Assembly (NCBI GenBank): GCA_002633005.1
Contig: NMRA01000473.1
Coordinates: 277,723 to 341,722, forward strand
DNA: 64,000 nt
Direction of reading: 5' to 3'
Source: Phoronis australis
Taxonomy: Eukaryota > Animalia > Phoronida
This document shows, piece by piece, positions 1 to 13,300 of this stretch (its first letter is position 1; each line of letters starts with the position of its first letter). Below the pieces are notes generated by a model. The model was not told where the DNA came from. It searched no databases and was given only the letters and a program-made list of their open reading frames with translations. The translations under genes were made by a program, and so were the position numbers.

Positions 1-3000
1 ACACATTAACAAATTCAATTTTCAAAAAACGTTTTTTCTCAGCATGTAAAAACCGAACCCCGGCTTTGTTTTATACCTCCGAAAGAAAGTTAACACTAGT
101 GACATGCGTGTCGTTTAGTGATTGGTCTATTTTCCCTTACATGGAAGGTATTGAGGATCATACTCGAATTACCTGACGGAAACCAGCGCGCAGTCGGGAA
201 ATATTTCGAGGCTATTCATTTTATGGAAAACTAATTGTTGAGTGCGTAAGCAGCATAAGTCCCACATTTTTGCTGTGAAATTTGCACTGAATTGTTCTCG
301 CGCTTCCAAATTCGTCATTCGCTTCGGGCATCATTTCACGGATTTTTTTCTACAGGTGTTTCTCAAACGTCGAGTCAGGTTGCGAAACTTGGGCTGCGAA
401 CAAAAAATAGAGGGAGTGTGCACTCCGAGTTAGATTGGATCTTTAATGACTTTGATGACAGCTATGTAGCAGATCATACCTAGAAAAAACGCGGATAATT
501 TTTCAACAGGCATTTTCTCCCTTTTCACATAGCAAACTTAGCTACTGGAATGCTCGTGTCAGTTGGAGAGCACTGATTCAACTTTCAGGTAGGCAACTAG
601 CCTTGCGCTCTAGGGCCTTTCGATGGCGGTCGTGAAGAATAGTAACGCCGTCTCTGCATGAACGAACTCAATTTTGCGACCTGAAATTTGTGAGTGTTTA
701 ATGCTACAGGTAAGAGCATAATCTAAACATTTTCTTTATGATCTAAAAATCCATTTTGGCGCGTAAAATGACGGGAAAATTTTGCGACCTGGCATTTATG
801 AATGGATTTTAAAACTGCGACCTGGGATTTTTGCTATTGCAAAATGCGATCCGGAGATTTTAATAGCGTCGAGCCCTGTCAGTAGCCATGCAGTTTATCT
901 GGTATTTCTTGACACGGTGATTGCTTATAGCGCGTTTTGTTGCAGTTTCTAACAGCAGACGATTTGACTGATCGATGTTCAAGCCGAGAAAACGTATGGT
1001 TAACCTCATGACGCCCAAAATAAGACAAATAAACCAAAATCGAGAGTTTTGTGTAGTCATCATGTGATTATTTCAAAGAATACAAGTGGGGTTTACACTG
1101 AAACTGTCGATAAAATGTTCAATATGTCGTAATTTTTATGTAGTTTGCATTTGTCTTGAGTTTTTATTCTTTTTCAAAGACACCAAACTTCGTCCTGCCG
1201 AACATATGATACTCAGAATTCCATAGCAAGGAATGAAACGGGTGCACTGCACTGGTCCATATTGACTCACACCCAAACGTAACAACAGCTGGATTGTGGC
1301 CACGCGTACCTGCAAGTGTGGCCCATTAGTCACTTAAGTTGCTAAAAATAACTGCTCATATTCTCCAGTGCCTCAATTTGTACCTCTTCAACGACGAAAG
1401 TTGTCAGCGGAATATTCCTTTAACAGTGGTGAAAGTATGTTTCACCGAAAAGAGCCTGTGTTGTTCATTACAAGCATTACCTTTGGTTTAAAACTCATAT
1501 AAACATTTGTTTCGTTTCAACAAACTTCACAAAAAATACGTCAAAATTCGTTAGTGAGTGATCAAGAAAGTGTTCCAATTTGACAGATTCTATCTTCACT
1601 AACCTGCACTGTCGTGCATTTGTGGACTTGTAGTCCCATAGCTTTGTGGTTCGCCGAGTTGTCGCCATGTTATTGTAGGTGGGTATGTTGTCGTTGGAGT
1701 CCACTCAGAAGGCGTGACCAGCACGATTGACGAGTTCGTGTGCGAAGTAGAGAAGATGGTGACACAAAAAAGATGTGTTCTTGTCCAGAAAGTTCATCAT
1801 AAAGTGTTCAACTTTGAATTAAAGCCTGGCTATGTGTTTGTTTTACGTGTCTAGATACCGGGAAAACTGTTCATATTTTATAGTAATCTATCTTGTCACG
1901 GGTACGCCACGAGCTATGTTGCAGAATAAAACAAGAGGAGGATTGAGAATAATGTCATTTATTATCACGTAAATAGAAAGAAATAAATAAGACTCTGTAA
2001 GATGGGCATGGAAAAAACGCCAATATATAGGCCTTTAGTGTGAATAATAAACCGAACGTACGTCAAATCAAATTCCTGGAGACTACACCGACGCGCACAT
2101 GTGGTAAGAGGTTACACAAAGTCGTGTTTTTGTGATAATCAATGTGCTATTCTCGTGAACTCGGTGATAATTGTGCCATCAACTCAGAAGCAGTTCCTCG
2201 TGTCCCTGTCCTCAGCATCAACATTGACCTGCAGGTGTCCCTAAAACTTAAATTGTACCTGTAGAACATAGAACCGCGTCCACATTCGAGAGTTGACTGT
2301 GTTACGGGCTAAAATTTTCTGGTCACTTACCAAATGCCAACTGAATCTCATATGCAAGGACTTATTTAGTTGTGCAAAATAAAAAGAGAATTGTCAAAAT
2401 CAGATCATGTTTGAGAAATTTAGGCATTTTTTGTCTCTGAATTTCATGCAGTTTTTACGTTAAGAGTGGCCATTTAAGAAATTCCAATTTTCATGTATCA
2501 ACAGTAGAAAAAACATTTTATTTAGTAAGCAATTGTTTTGATGTGACTAGGAATAACTAAAGTCACTTCCAGAATCACTTAGATGAAGTTGTGCTTAATC
2601 ATCGAGAAATGGTAGCGTTAATCTATATGAAGCAGGAGCTTGTTACCAAATTGTTATTTCTAGGTTTCTAACCCTGTTAACAGAAATAAAGGTTAAAAGG
2701 TAAAGTTGACACTCCACACTCCATACTAAGAGAAATGAGCCTATGCAACATAGTAAACTATTCAATATCTAAACAAACCAAAAGTTTGGATATTAATTGG
2801 GTTCTGCTGTGTTGAAAAAGGGACAAAAAAGGCTCACAAAATGTAGTGTACATATGAACAAGGTAAATGGACGAAACATTTTTTCATTATTGAGAGAAAC
2901 CGACAATTGTCCATGTACAACAAAGAATGCAGGAAGCCTAGTGTGTTTTGTAATGCATTAGACATGCCCAGGCCACGTGGTTAGGCCAACTGCACGAAAC

Positions 3001-3565
3001 TTAGTGCCCCAGTATCCATCAACTGGTTCTTTGTGAACAAAGTTATCAAGCCTGTCTGTATTTTTAAGGAAAATTAGCAGACTTTCCATTTCTTGCTATC
3101 ACTATATGTTGTGGGCACGTAATGGTGTCCATCTTAGAAATGTGACACTTAATATGTCTGAAAATGGGGAAAGCATTGTCGACTGCTTAACAGAAACCTT
3201 TTTGCCACTTATCATGAAAATCCAAAGTTACAGAGGTAAACCTAAACAAACTAAAATTGCCACTGAGGATACAGCAGTAATCAGATCACTCAAAATCCAA
3301 CATGAACTCTGGTCGGCTTCATAGAAACACATTTGACAAATCTCATTATTATCCTGCATGTGATTTATGAGATACAGCAACCGACATGGATGCCCAGACA
3401 GAAGCGAGGCAATGTGCAACCAGCAGACAAATATGCGGGTGACTAAAACAAGACCAATAACACAAATGCTCAATTTTGTACACCTTTGAGTTTGCCACTG
3501 TTATGGAAACTTCAGATGTTAGAATAAACATAAACCATTCATTCCTTCTAAGTCTTAAAAAAAAA

Positions 3566-4303
3566 TCATATTAACGTGAGTGCACTATGAGTGACTCCCT
3601 TAAAAGACCCACTATTCTCTCTAGCACTCATTTTGCCTATAATGGACTTGGCAAAGGACAGTTGCCTAAACCGCCCCATTTTCTCACAACCTGGTTGCAG
3701 ATCACAACGGTTGGTGTCTGCCACAGGCCTAACCTTGAAGCCTCGGATCACAATTGGCTTTTTCTCAATCAAACTAACTTTCCATTCATCACTGGACATG
3801 TCACGACTGTGATGACCCAGCTTTCTTTTCTTAAACTTTTCTCCAACCACCCCTCCACTACCTGGCCTTTTCATAGAGATCGTCATTTTGATCCCTTTCT
3901 CTGGGTCTGTCACAGAGCTTTTCACCGACATAGACACCTGAGTAGCGAATGACGTGTCCTCTGAATTCCCTGAGAGACAAGACTTGCTCTCTGACTTGTC
4001 ATCATGTTCCATGTCTTCATCTTGCCCTCTCTGCACTTCATGTGGTTCACGTAGAAACTGCTCAAGTAAATCCTCACCTGTTTGTTTGACACTAACATCA
4101 GTCATTTGCATCCTTGGACTGTGAACTGCAGGCAAACAAACCACTGCCTCAGGTTGAGGAAGGCGGGCAATAAAGCTATCTCCAAAGTAACTATAAAGAT
4201 TGGTGTAGATTTTGTTAAAATCATGTTGTTGAGATGCTGATCTTTTCGCTGGATCAATTTTTCTATCAACCCATTGAGACTTAAGAAATACTTCGGCGGC
4301 CAC
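3566..4303 (-). CDS. TAF6L: TAF6L terminal coding exon (VAAEVFLK...LYSYFGDSF...SALTLI*)
   Basis: ttacag acceptor at 4304; open to the TGA at 3566; contains a KFKKRK NLS-like stretch. Confidence 0.85.
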   Translation of the reverse strand: MAAEVFLKSQWVDRKIDPAKRSASQQHDFNKIYTNLYSYFGDSFIARLPQPEAVVCLPAVHSPRMQMTDVSVKQTGEDLLEQFLREPHEVQRGQDEDMEHDDKSESKSCLSGNSEDTSFATQVSMSVKSSVTDPEKGIKMTISMKRPGSGGVVGEKFKKRKLGHHSRDMSSDEWKVSLIEKKPIVIRGFKVRPVADTNRCDLQPGCEKMGRFRQLSFAKSIIGKMSARENSGSFKGVTHSALTLI

Positions 4304-7300
4304 CTGTAACAATACAAAACACATTTCAACATTGCATAATAACGCCTGACCTAACATGTTTTGGAATGCAATGGCCACTAAACAAAATGGACAGACAACT
4401 CCCACAGTCCTCTAGCCACCAATAGAGTCATTTCACTTTCCCTCGCAGTACCTTTACACCATAAACCAATTTCCCATTGTCATTTGTGCCTACTATGCCA
4501 ACCACAGAAAACTTAGCTCCAACATGGACACGGAGCCATATGACTACAGGTGTCACCACCTCTACTGGAAGGTGATCAACACCTGTTATTGTCTTAATCT
4601 CAGACAATGTTCCTTAATGAGGATATTTTGTAATTAATTAAAACCAAAATGTTGGTGAACTTTTTGCGTCTGGTTTATTTTTACTTACTTTACAGCATGT
4701 AGAATAATTTACAATTTGTACAACTGCAAAGAAAAGAGTGCAGGTGGTCTAAATCAATGTTTGTTGTGGTTCATCATCAGACTTGTTCAGACCTCATGGT
4801 TGGGCCAAGGAGTGTACTAGTACTACTACACTCCTTGGTTGGGCCCATTGCACAAAACACCAGAGCTTGTACAACTAAACAAGACACCTGGTTAAATAAA
4901 ATAAATGAACATTCAGTGGCGAACCATTCACTCACCAACAGTGCTCCATGCACCCTGCTGGCGTCCACCTGCTGGCAGTGTCCTTGCTCCTCCATCAGGC
5001 AGAGTAGGGAAAAGGCGCGAGACTGGATATAGGCAAAGAGGACCTCCTCTACAGCCTACAACATTGAAATCAAATAGATGTTGCAATGTCGTGCAGTTAC
5101 CGACGAATAAAAATATAAAATAGTAAAACTAGTAAAACTAAAATGACGAGCGTCGGTACTAAAATATATCAAAATATCCCCACGTATCGAGCGATGCGCT
5201 CTTTCTCAAGGGGGTGCTACAGACTGCAGATTGCATCAGACGTGCGCAGGCTGCTCAGATAGGCTCATTGTATCAAACACCTGAAACCATTTTTAATTAC
5301 ACAAATTAACACCAAGCTAAGGAGGTGATGACCTCACCAGAGGGTCCATCAAGAGGCTACACTTGGATTAGAACCATCCACCTTGAGAAGAGCAGGTGGA
5401 CACTCAACCCACTAGACCACGCTGTCTCTTCTTTATGGATGTGTTGACAAGCTACTACATTAAAAGCTAAATTGAATGTATTTGTGAGGCTTACGACTGA
5501 AAAATTTAAATATTGGCAAAAATATGCCAGTTGCACTTTCTGTATTTTGCAACTTCAAAAATGAGTTGGGCACAGACAAGAACCAAATATACTTTTTGGC
5601 CTGACGAACTTTTTACATAGCCACAATGAAAGTTGTATTGACTGTAGTCAAATCTATACAATGTCTTAAATATTGGCAACACATGGTATGTGAAAGGATT
5701 GTCTAGTTTGTAACCACACATAATGAAGGTCTCCTTTATATTTCTGGCAAGCAAGGTGTACACTAATGGGAAACCTCTTCATTTATCAACAAAAAAACTA
5801 TGTAAAATATTTTCATGCACTTTCTACTTCATTATGCTGGTGAACAGAAACAAGGCCATAGTCTACCACTTAAGGTTACACAAACCTTTGGTCCAAGTAA
5901 TGTGATTGCCCTAAGAGCACCATAGTGTGAACACAGTGGTCGGTTTTCATCCCGTAGAACTGTTTGCAATGACAGCACAGTCTGAGAGAACAAATTATTG
6001 GTTGCAGTCTCACAAGCCCTGGAAATACGACAAGCAGAGAATATAATGCTGTCTTTTATTTTGAGGTTTTCAGGACAACTATTTCCACATGAACAACACT
6101 TTTAACACATTTAAAGAAGAATGCCACCCGACTTAATCAGTCTTTAATACCGTTTTAAATGGTTTATGTCCACATCACCCGTATACAGTCCATCTTATCT
6201 CGCGGCGAGGTGTCGCATTAACCTGTGAGGAAGGTGAGTAAACGACGCAGCGATGTCAGTGGTTCTTCAGCAGAGTGAATGCCACTATGATGTGGTATAT
6301 CGTTCCTGCTTGTGTGAACTACTAAGCTGCGAGAAAAGCGGCTATATCGTTTTTTTCGATTTCCTTGAGAGCCTGAAATGCTTCGAAAGTGGGTCGCGGC
6401 AGTGAAGAATGGAAAGTACGCTGTTAGCAGGTATGAGGTCATGAAACATCTCCCTGCCTGTGGCCGGCATTTCGTCTACAGTGATTTCACTGATGAATGC
6501 CGGCTTACCAAACAGCTCATACCAGGACAACAAAAGAGTCTGATGAGCACTCGTCTAAGTCAGGATTGCAAGTTATTTCCATGTTGACGTTTATTATTGT
6601 GCATTCTGTTTCAAAATGAATTATTCTCACCCTAACCAATGCTTATATCAAACTGAAACAAAGTGTCAAAGTCTGTCTCATTAAATAAAATTTGTAATGC
6701 CTTTGGAGTGTTCGAGAGTGCAAATGTTTTGAGAAGCCACCAATGAATAAATCACTGCATTACCGGCTTTAGATGCAATAAAGCTAATTGACAGGGCACC
6801 GAGGCCGTGTGAGCGCATGCTAATGCAGTTTTTTGCTGACAGAAAGTTGTTGTGAAACAATAATTCGATTTTATATGCTATAGTCAGATGTTTGGGGAAT
6901 CTTTATTTAGATATATAAATATATATATATATATATTCGAATCATTGTTACTATAGAACTTTTACCCTGACTTCGCGGCCCCCAATGAGTAAGTAGATTT
7001 GCAGTTTCGGGGCTAAATCACCAAAACAATCACATGAACATTATTTCTTTGGCTCACTAGTATAGTCTTTTCATGACTGGAAGTTTAGTTTCCAACCTTG
7101 GCTGGTTTATGTTCGCGATGTCTTCAGTCTGGCCGCCACTGGCCAGGATAACAAGTGCTTTGTGTGTTTAGAACTGAAAAAATCGCAAGTCTAAAATTAC
7201 AACACACAGCTATAATCTCCTCTCTGTATTTCACAGAATAATTCAAATTTTTCATTGAACAGACCCCAAACTCCTGCAACCGACCTTGGTAAATTGGCCT

Positions 7301-10300
7301 ATCGAACATTGTAGGCTAAGGTATATTCGAATACCTATAAATCCGTAACAGTGAAATATAACAACACGTTGTGTTTGTAAGGGTTTTACATTGAATTTTC
7401 AAATAGATTAACTATTGGTGTAAGACAATGAATTCAAGCAATAAGGTGACACCAGTAAGTGTGTTGTGAACTGCTGAACAGACTGCATTCGAGCCCATGA
7501 CGTCATTGGTTTATTTCAACACCTCCGTCTGCCGTCAGGTGTCAGATAAAAGAACTGTACGTGCTGTTATCGAGTGGAACTACTTGATCTAAATTGATAC
7601 AAAATAGGTTGGTTTTGGGTGGCATCCTCCTTTAATAAGTGAACCACAGAAGTCAATTAAAATCGCTTTCTATTGGGTACAGCAATTTTTCGAACATGAC
7701 AGTTTTTAATTGTTTAAAATATATAATTAAAAAGGTCATTTTCTTTAAGTTCATGTAGGGCCGTAACAACCTGTCTTGTGTAATTAGCCAAAATCTACAG
7801 GAAAGTAAATTCTGACAGAGAATTGTATTTTTGACTTTTCAACCATCTGTCATTAATTGGGTCATGTGATCATGTCTGTTTTGGTAAAATTTACCAGAAA
7901 ACAAAGGTACATTGATAGCAAAACAACAGTATCAATAACATGACCAAATTTCATTAGATGCCTACTTTCAAGATGAAAGCTCAAAAATGCCTAACAGTGT
8001 ATTGGAGAACAATGCACAATGCAAACTCCATGAAAGTTTTTTTTAATTCGAACAGAAATTACGGAGATATGATGTCCTGAGCTCAGTCAAATTTTGCCAC
8101 AAGGGCCGTACATAACCTTAAAAAAACTTCTAACTGTCAGGTGTGTCACCATCATACTGTCACAAGATGTGCTAAGTGTGTTACCATCATACTCTCACTT
8201 GGGCTGAGTTGCATAAAGCTTCAAAAGTTATCCGCTGGATAGGTTTGATTGTTGCATGACGTCAGGTGCAGTGCTCAACACTAACAACGTGACGCGTGAT
8301 AATGCGACATCATTGTTGCTATACAGTGTGTAACTTTTATGCAAGTAGGCCCAGGTGTGTCAAGTGTGTCACCATGATAACTCTCACCTGGTCATAAATG
8401 CCAACAAAAATGCAGCATAGTCTCGTAAAAGCCAGCCATTGTCAGATGGGGAAGCAGCCAGTGGCAGAGGCTCAACTAAACAGTACGTGACAGCTTGAGT
8501 GAGAAGGGTCAGCTGAAAAAGAGTTTGAGGTCGTCATTACTGGAACAGAATCACAGTGATGCCAACACATCAGACACAGATTGGAGGATTGAAAGCAGGG
8601 AGTATTTTGAAGACAGAGAAGAACTTTTTTAGTTCAAACATTAAACATTTATTTTGCGCATGTTAATAGTCAGCCATTTCCAGCTGACCACCTTTAATAA
8701 TGAAACAACATGGCCATCACCATGCGTGTTCACATTGTCTCAACAATTACTCTTTAAATGCAGCTAGCTATGCGTAAATTTAGATTGGCTAAAAAAGTTT
8801 TTCAAAAAAATTAAACAGCTCAGGAATTTTCCATTCAAAATGAAACACGTAATTTGAATGCATGATGGTTAGAATATCTGGATACACAAGATCCAATTAA
8901 TAAATAAAGTTTGGCCGCCATCACACCAAACGTAGTTCAGACTTGCCCTAATACTATTGATAAAACATCCCATGGGATCATCAGAAACTGGCAACTTTGG
9001 ACAAAAAATAGTTTGAATGCAATACTTGAGATATAAGTACATTCATGTACTATTTTGATTGCAATGGAAAAGACTAGGTAAAACATGTCAAGGCCGTTCA
9101 CTTAAACGTTCTCTTATAAACTATACAAGCATGGCAGTTAGAAATATGAGCTTCCCCAATTTTATTGTTAAAAAAGCATGGACAAGACATGTTGAAACAA
9201 ACTCGATGTTCTAGAGAACACTTCATATTTCAGTTATTCTTGGGGGTGTTACTCATAATGTCCATCTTCTTACTCTTCTCCCTACCAAAATTTACACCCA
9301 CCTCTGAATACATGTCAGGTAGGTGTTGAAATGTTCTGCCTCTATTCCCCATAATGGGTGATAATGGATGCTCATAACCGAGACCAAGGAAGTACCAGAA
9401 AAATGGGTAGTCGCCTACCTGAGATAATTAACAGGTAGTGCCTACCTAAGACAATATTACATACTTACATAGGGGTGATGTAACAAGTATAGTGCAGGGT
9501 TCCTGATGAGAGAATGAACCATGTAGAGTAACTTGGTGAGTTGGTGCACATCATAACTAACAGTCTTCACCTACCAATCAACAGTAAGCACAACTGGATT
9601 ACAAGCACATTAACAACATTGATGGCCCCTGCATTTAATACTTGACAGATACAGTACAAGTTTTTAACCAAAGAGAATATGGGGAGAAAATGTGCATGGA
9701 AAAATTTACATATTTCGAGATATAAAAAATGGCGGTTGCACAGTGAAGTGACGACTGACACAATGTGAGCTACAAGGTGAGCTACAAATTTGACTACCGT
9801 ATTCACCCTAATAAGCGCCATGCCCTTATAAGTGCCCCCATGCATTTTCAGACTTTGGTAAAATAAGCGCCCAGTCCATGTACATGCGAAAAATGCCTTA
9901 CCTACAGTTCTAAAATTCTACACTAACGTCTTCAATTTATCAATAACATCCGCCAGTCCTGAAACAATCATTGTGCGTGGAATTTGTAGACCACGAGACT
10001 CGCCGCTTTGTCGGTATTTACCCGTGACTATACACTTCAAACTTCCAGCGTGCTTAAAAAATAATGCAAAATTTTGCTGATCTTGCGAGGGACGTATTCC
10101 ATTATGGTCTGGCCTTTCAGAACAGACGCAGCATACTTGTCAAAGGGATTGTATTGTATCTTTCCCGTAGAGATCTTCTCCCTCAACAGGAATCCAAATT
10201 CTTTGTATACATGAAAACCGCGAATCGAAGACTAATAAAAACACGACCTTTGTTAAAAGCACGTGGCCAGGAAGCGCGCGCTACATACAAGTACCTGTCA

Positions 10301-13300
10301 TCGAAGATTAATCGTCATGAAACGGGTAGAATAGCATCAGCAAGAAATAAATACTGGCACTTATTTCCGAAAGTTTCTAATGCCGAAAAAAAAGTTTGCA
10401 TTATTTTTAGGGGGAATTATTAAATTAATCGTAATTAGTGTTTTTAAAGTCAAACTGACCCACTGATCTTGAGCACTTCCACACCCTTACAACCCCTGAA
10501 TCTCACAAAAAATAACTGTTAGACTGTCACACATCCAGTCACCCGGAGACTAACCGGTCAATTCTCTAACGTTATTTAGCAGATGAGATCAACACGTGCT
10601 AAATAAAACATGTTCTGCTTTACTGCTTGTGTTTATTTCTTTAGTTACAACGCACACCTAGATCGTTACATCCTGTTTACTCTGGCAAATGAACTCTGAT
10701 GACACGCACGCGCTCGCTCACACACACAATATACGCGAACGAACTTCAAAACAAACAGCACGTGACAACAACATTGTGTGTTCGTCCAGAGATTTTTCTC
10801 GTGTTGCGGAGTACGATCTAGCTCAGATTTGGACTTAATATGCAGTTAATCCAGATTCCAAAGGAACTTAAAAATCTTAGGGACGCTATTTTGAAAACTT
10901 AAGGAGGACTTCAGGAAATTTGTTGAGTCGAAACTATACTTTTACTCAAGAATTCAAGTTGACTGATCGGCGATCACGAAGCTGCAACACGTGCTGGAAT
11001 TCTTTTTAACAAAATTTTCAGCTCGAGTGTTTACCCACAGGCATGGTGTGACGCAATGTTGACTGCTGTATTCAAGCAGGGTTGTCAAGAGGATGAATAT
11101 AATTATAGAGGGATATCAATGTTGGCTGTCATGGGTAAATTATTCACAAAGACAGTGAATGACCAGCTTAGCAACTGGGCTGAAGCACATGTCATTTTAC
11201 ATGAATTGCACGCAGAGAAAGGGTTACTGCGCACAAGACCAGTTACTTCGACTATATGCTTTGAATCAAAAACATACAAGTAAACAAGGTAGTTGTTTTT
11301 ACTGTGTCTTTATAGGTTTTTCAAAACCCTTTGATAAAATTTCTTATAATTTATTGTGGAAAAGACAGCAAAAAGTTGGTATCCACAGTAATATATTAAA
11401 AATAATCAAATCTATGAATAGCAACTAAAGAACTTGTATAAAGACTCCAGCTGGGTTGACAAACTATTTTAATTGCAGCGTTGGGACAAGACAGGGCTGC
11501 ATGATTAGTCCCGTCTTATTCACCATGTACTTAAATGAGTTTATTGAAGAACTGAGAAATGACATGATAAAAGGTATTTTTATCAATGAAAATGTTCAGG
11601 ATGTGAATTCACTTTTATATGCAGATGAAACTACAAAGAAAAATCAATTGATTGTCTTTTCAATTACTGTAAGTCCTGGGGGATGAGTGAAAATTTGAAA
11701 AAGACAAAAACTACAGTGTTTTGTAATGGGGAACCACTCAGGCCTTTTGAAAAATGGCATTTTGGAAATTATTTAATTGAGGTGGTCCCGCATTATAAGT
11801 ATCTCAGGGTGTTTGTCACATCACAGTTAGCTTGGACAAAGGCTACCAAAACAATGTCATGTCAAGGTAGGGTGTTTGTCACATCAAAGTTAGCTTGGGC
11901 AAAGGCTACCAAAACAATGCCATGTCAAAGTAGGGTGTTTGTCACATTAAAGTTAGCTTGGACAAAGGCTACCAAAACAATGTCATGTCAAGGTAGGGTG
12001 TTTGTCACATCAAAGTTAGCTTGGACAAAGGCTACCAAAACAATGTCATGTCAAGGTAGGGTGTTTGTCACATCAAAGTTAGCTTGGACAAAGGCTACCA
12101 AAACAATGTCATGTCAAGGTACCAAATCAGCAATAGCCATCTATACACTGTAAAAACGATCAAAGTTTACCTCAGTCTGTCTTCGTTATTTGACTTATTT
12201 GATAAAATAGTACACCTGACCTCACCTTATGTTGCGGAAGTGTGGTGGTTTGATAAGTATGAGTGTATTGAACGTGTTCATAAATTAATAAGTTTTGTAA
12301 AATGGTCCAGGGTGTAGGATCTACCACTTCACTTCAAATTCTGCAGTCTTAGCGAATATGGTCGCTATCCATTGTTTATCAAATATTATGTTAAATGACT
12401 GTATTAAGTACTGGTTCAAAATTTTGAAGATGCATTCTAACAGATACCGTAATCGCCCCAATAAGCACCCAGGGCGCTTAGAAATATTCGCTTTAGGAAG
12501 GGGGGGGGCGCTTATTATAGCCCAAAAGTGGTTGAAACTCGTTCTCCGAAACAGATGAAATCATAAGCTAGAATTCATCAAATTTACGCTCTGTGACGCA
12601 TCTGTAACCTAAGACAAGAGTTTCTACAAAATTGCAGTGCACTGCTATCAAATTTAATTGTTAAATTACGAGCACTTTTCAGAAAATCTCAGTGCGAAAA
12701 CTCGCCGACTGATGCATCGCTGCCTCGCGATCGCCGATAGGTCAACTTGAATTCTTGAGTTAAAATATAGTTTCGACTCAAAAAATTATCTGAAGTCCTC
12801 TTTAAGTTTTCAAAATAGCGTCCTTAAGATTTTGTTCCTGTGGTGTCTGTATTAACTGCATATTAAGTCCAAATCTACGCTAGATCATACTCCGCAACAC
12901 GAGAAAAATCTCTGGACGAACACACATGTTGTGTCACGTGATGTTTGTTTTGAAGTTCATCTACGTTACGGTATTGTGTGAGTGAGCGAGCACGTGCGTG
13001 TCATCAGAGTTCATTTGCCAGAGTAAACGTGATGTAACAATATAGGACTGGTGTGCATCGTAACTAAGGAAATTAACACAAGCAGTAAAGCAGAATGTGT
13101 TTTATTTAACACTAGTTGATCTCATCTGCTAAAAAACGTTCGAGAAATGTCTCGGTAAGGCCGATGTCATTGAGTCGGCTGGTGACTGGATGCGTGACAG
13201 TCCAACAGTTATATGGTTTTTATGAGGTCTAGTTGAACCGTTGGTGTTGCCTGTGAGAAAAACTTTATTAATATTTTTTCTCAATGTATCATAGATAGTT

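Noticed and set aside
1-3500. Short ORFs and CpG-rich patches 3' of TAF6L
   Set aside because: There is no recognisable protein. Features such as repeated tgcgacctg and a gagccctg terminus at about 878 suggest TE debris, but boundaries could not be defined.
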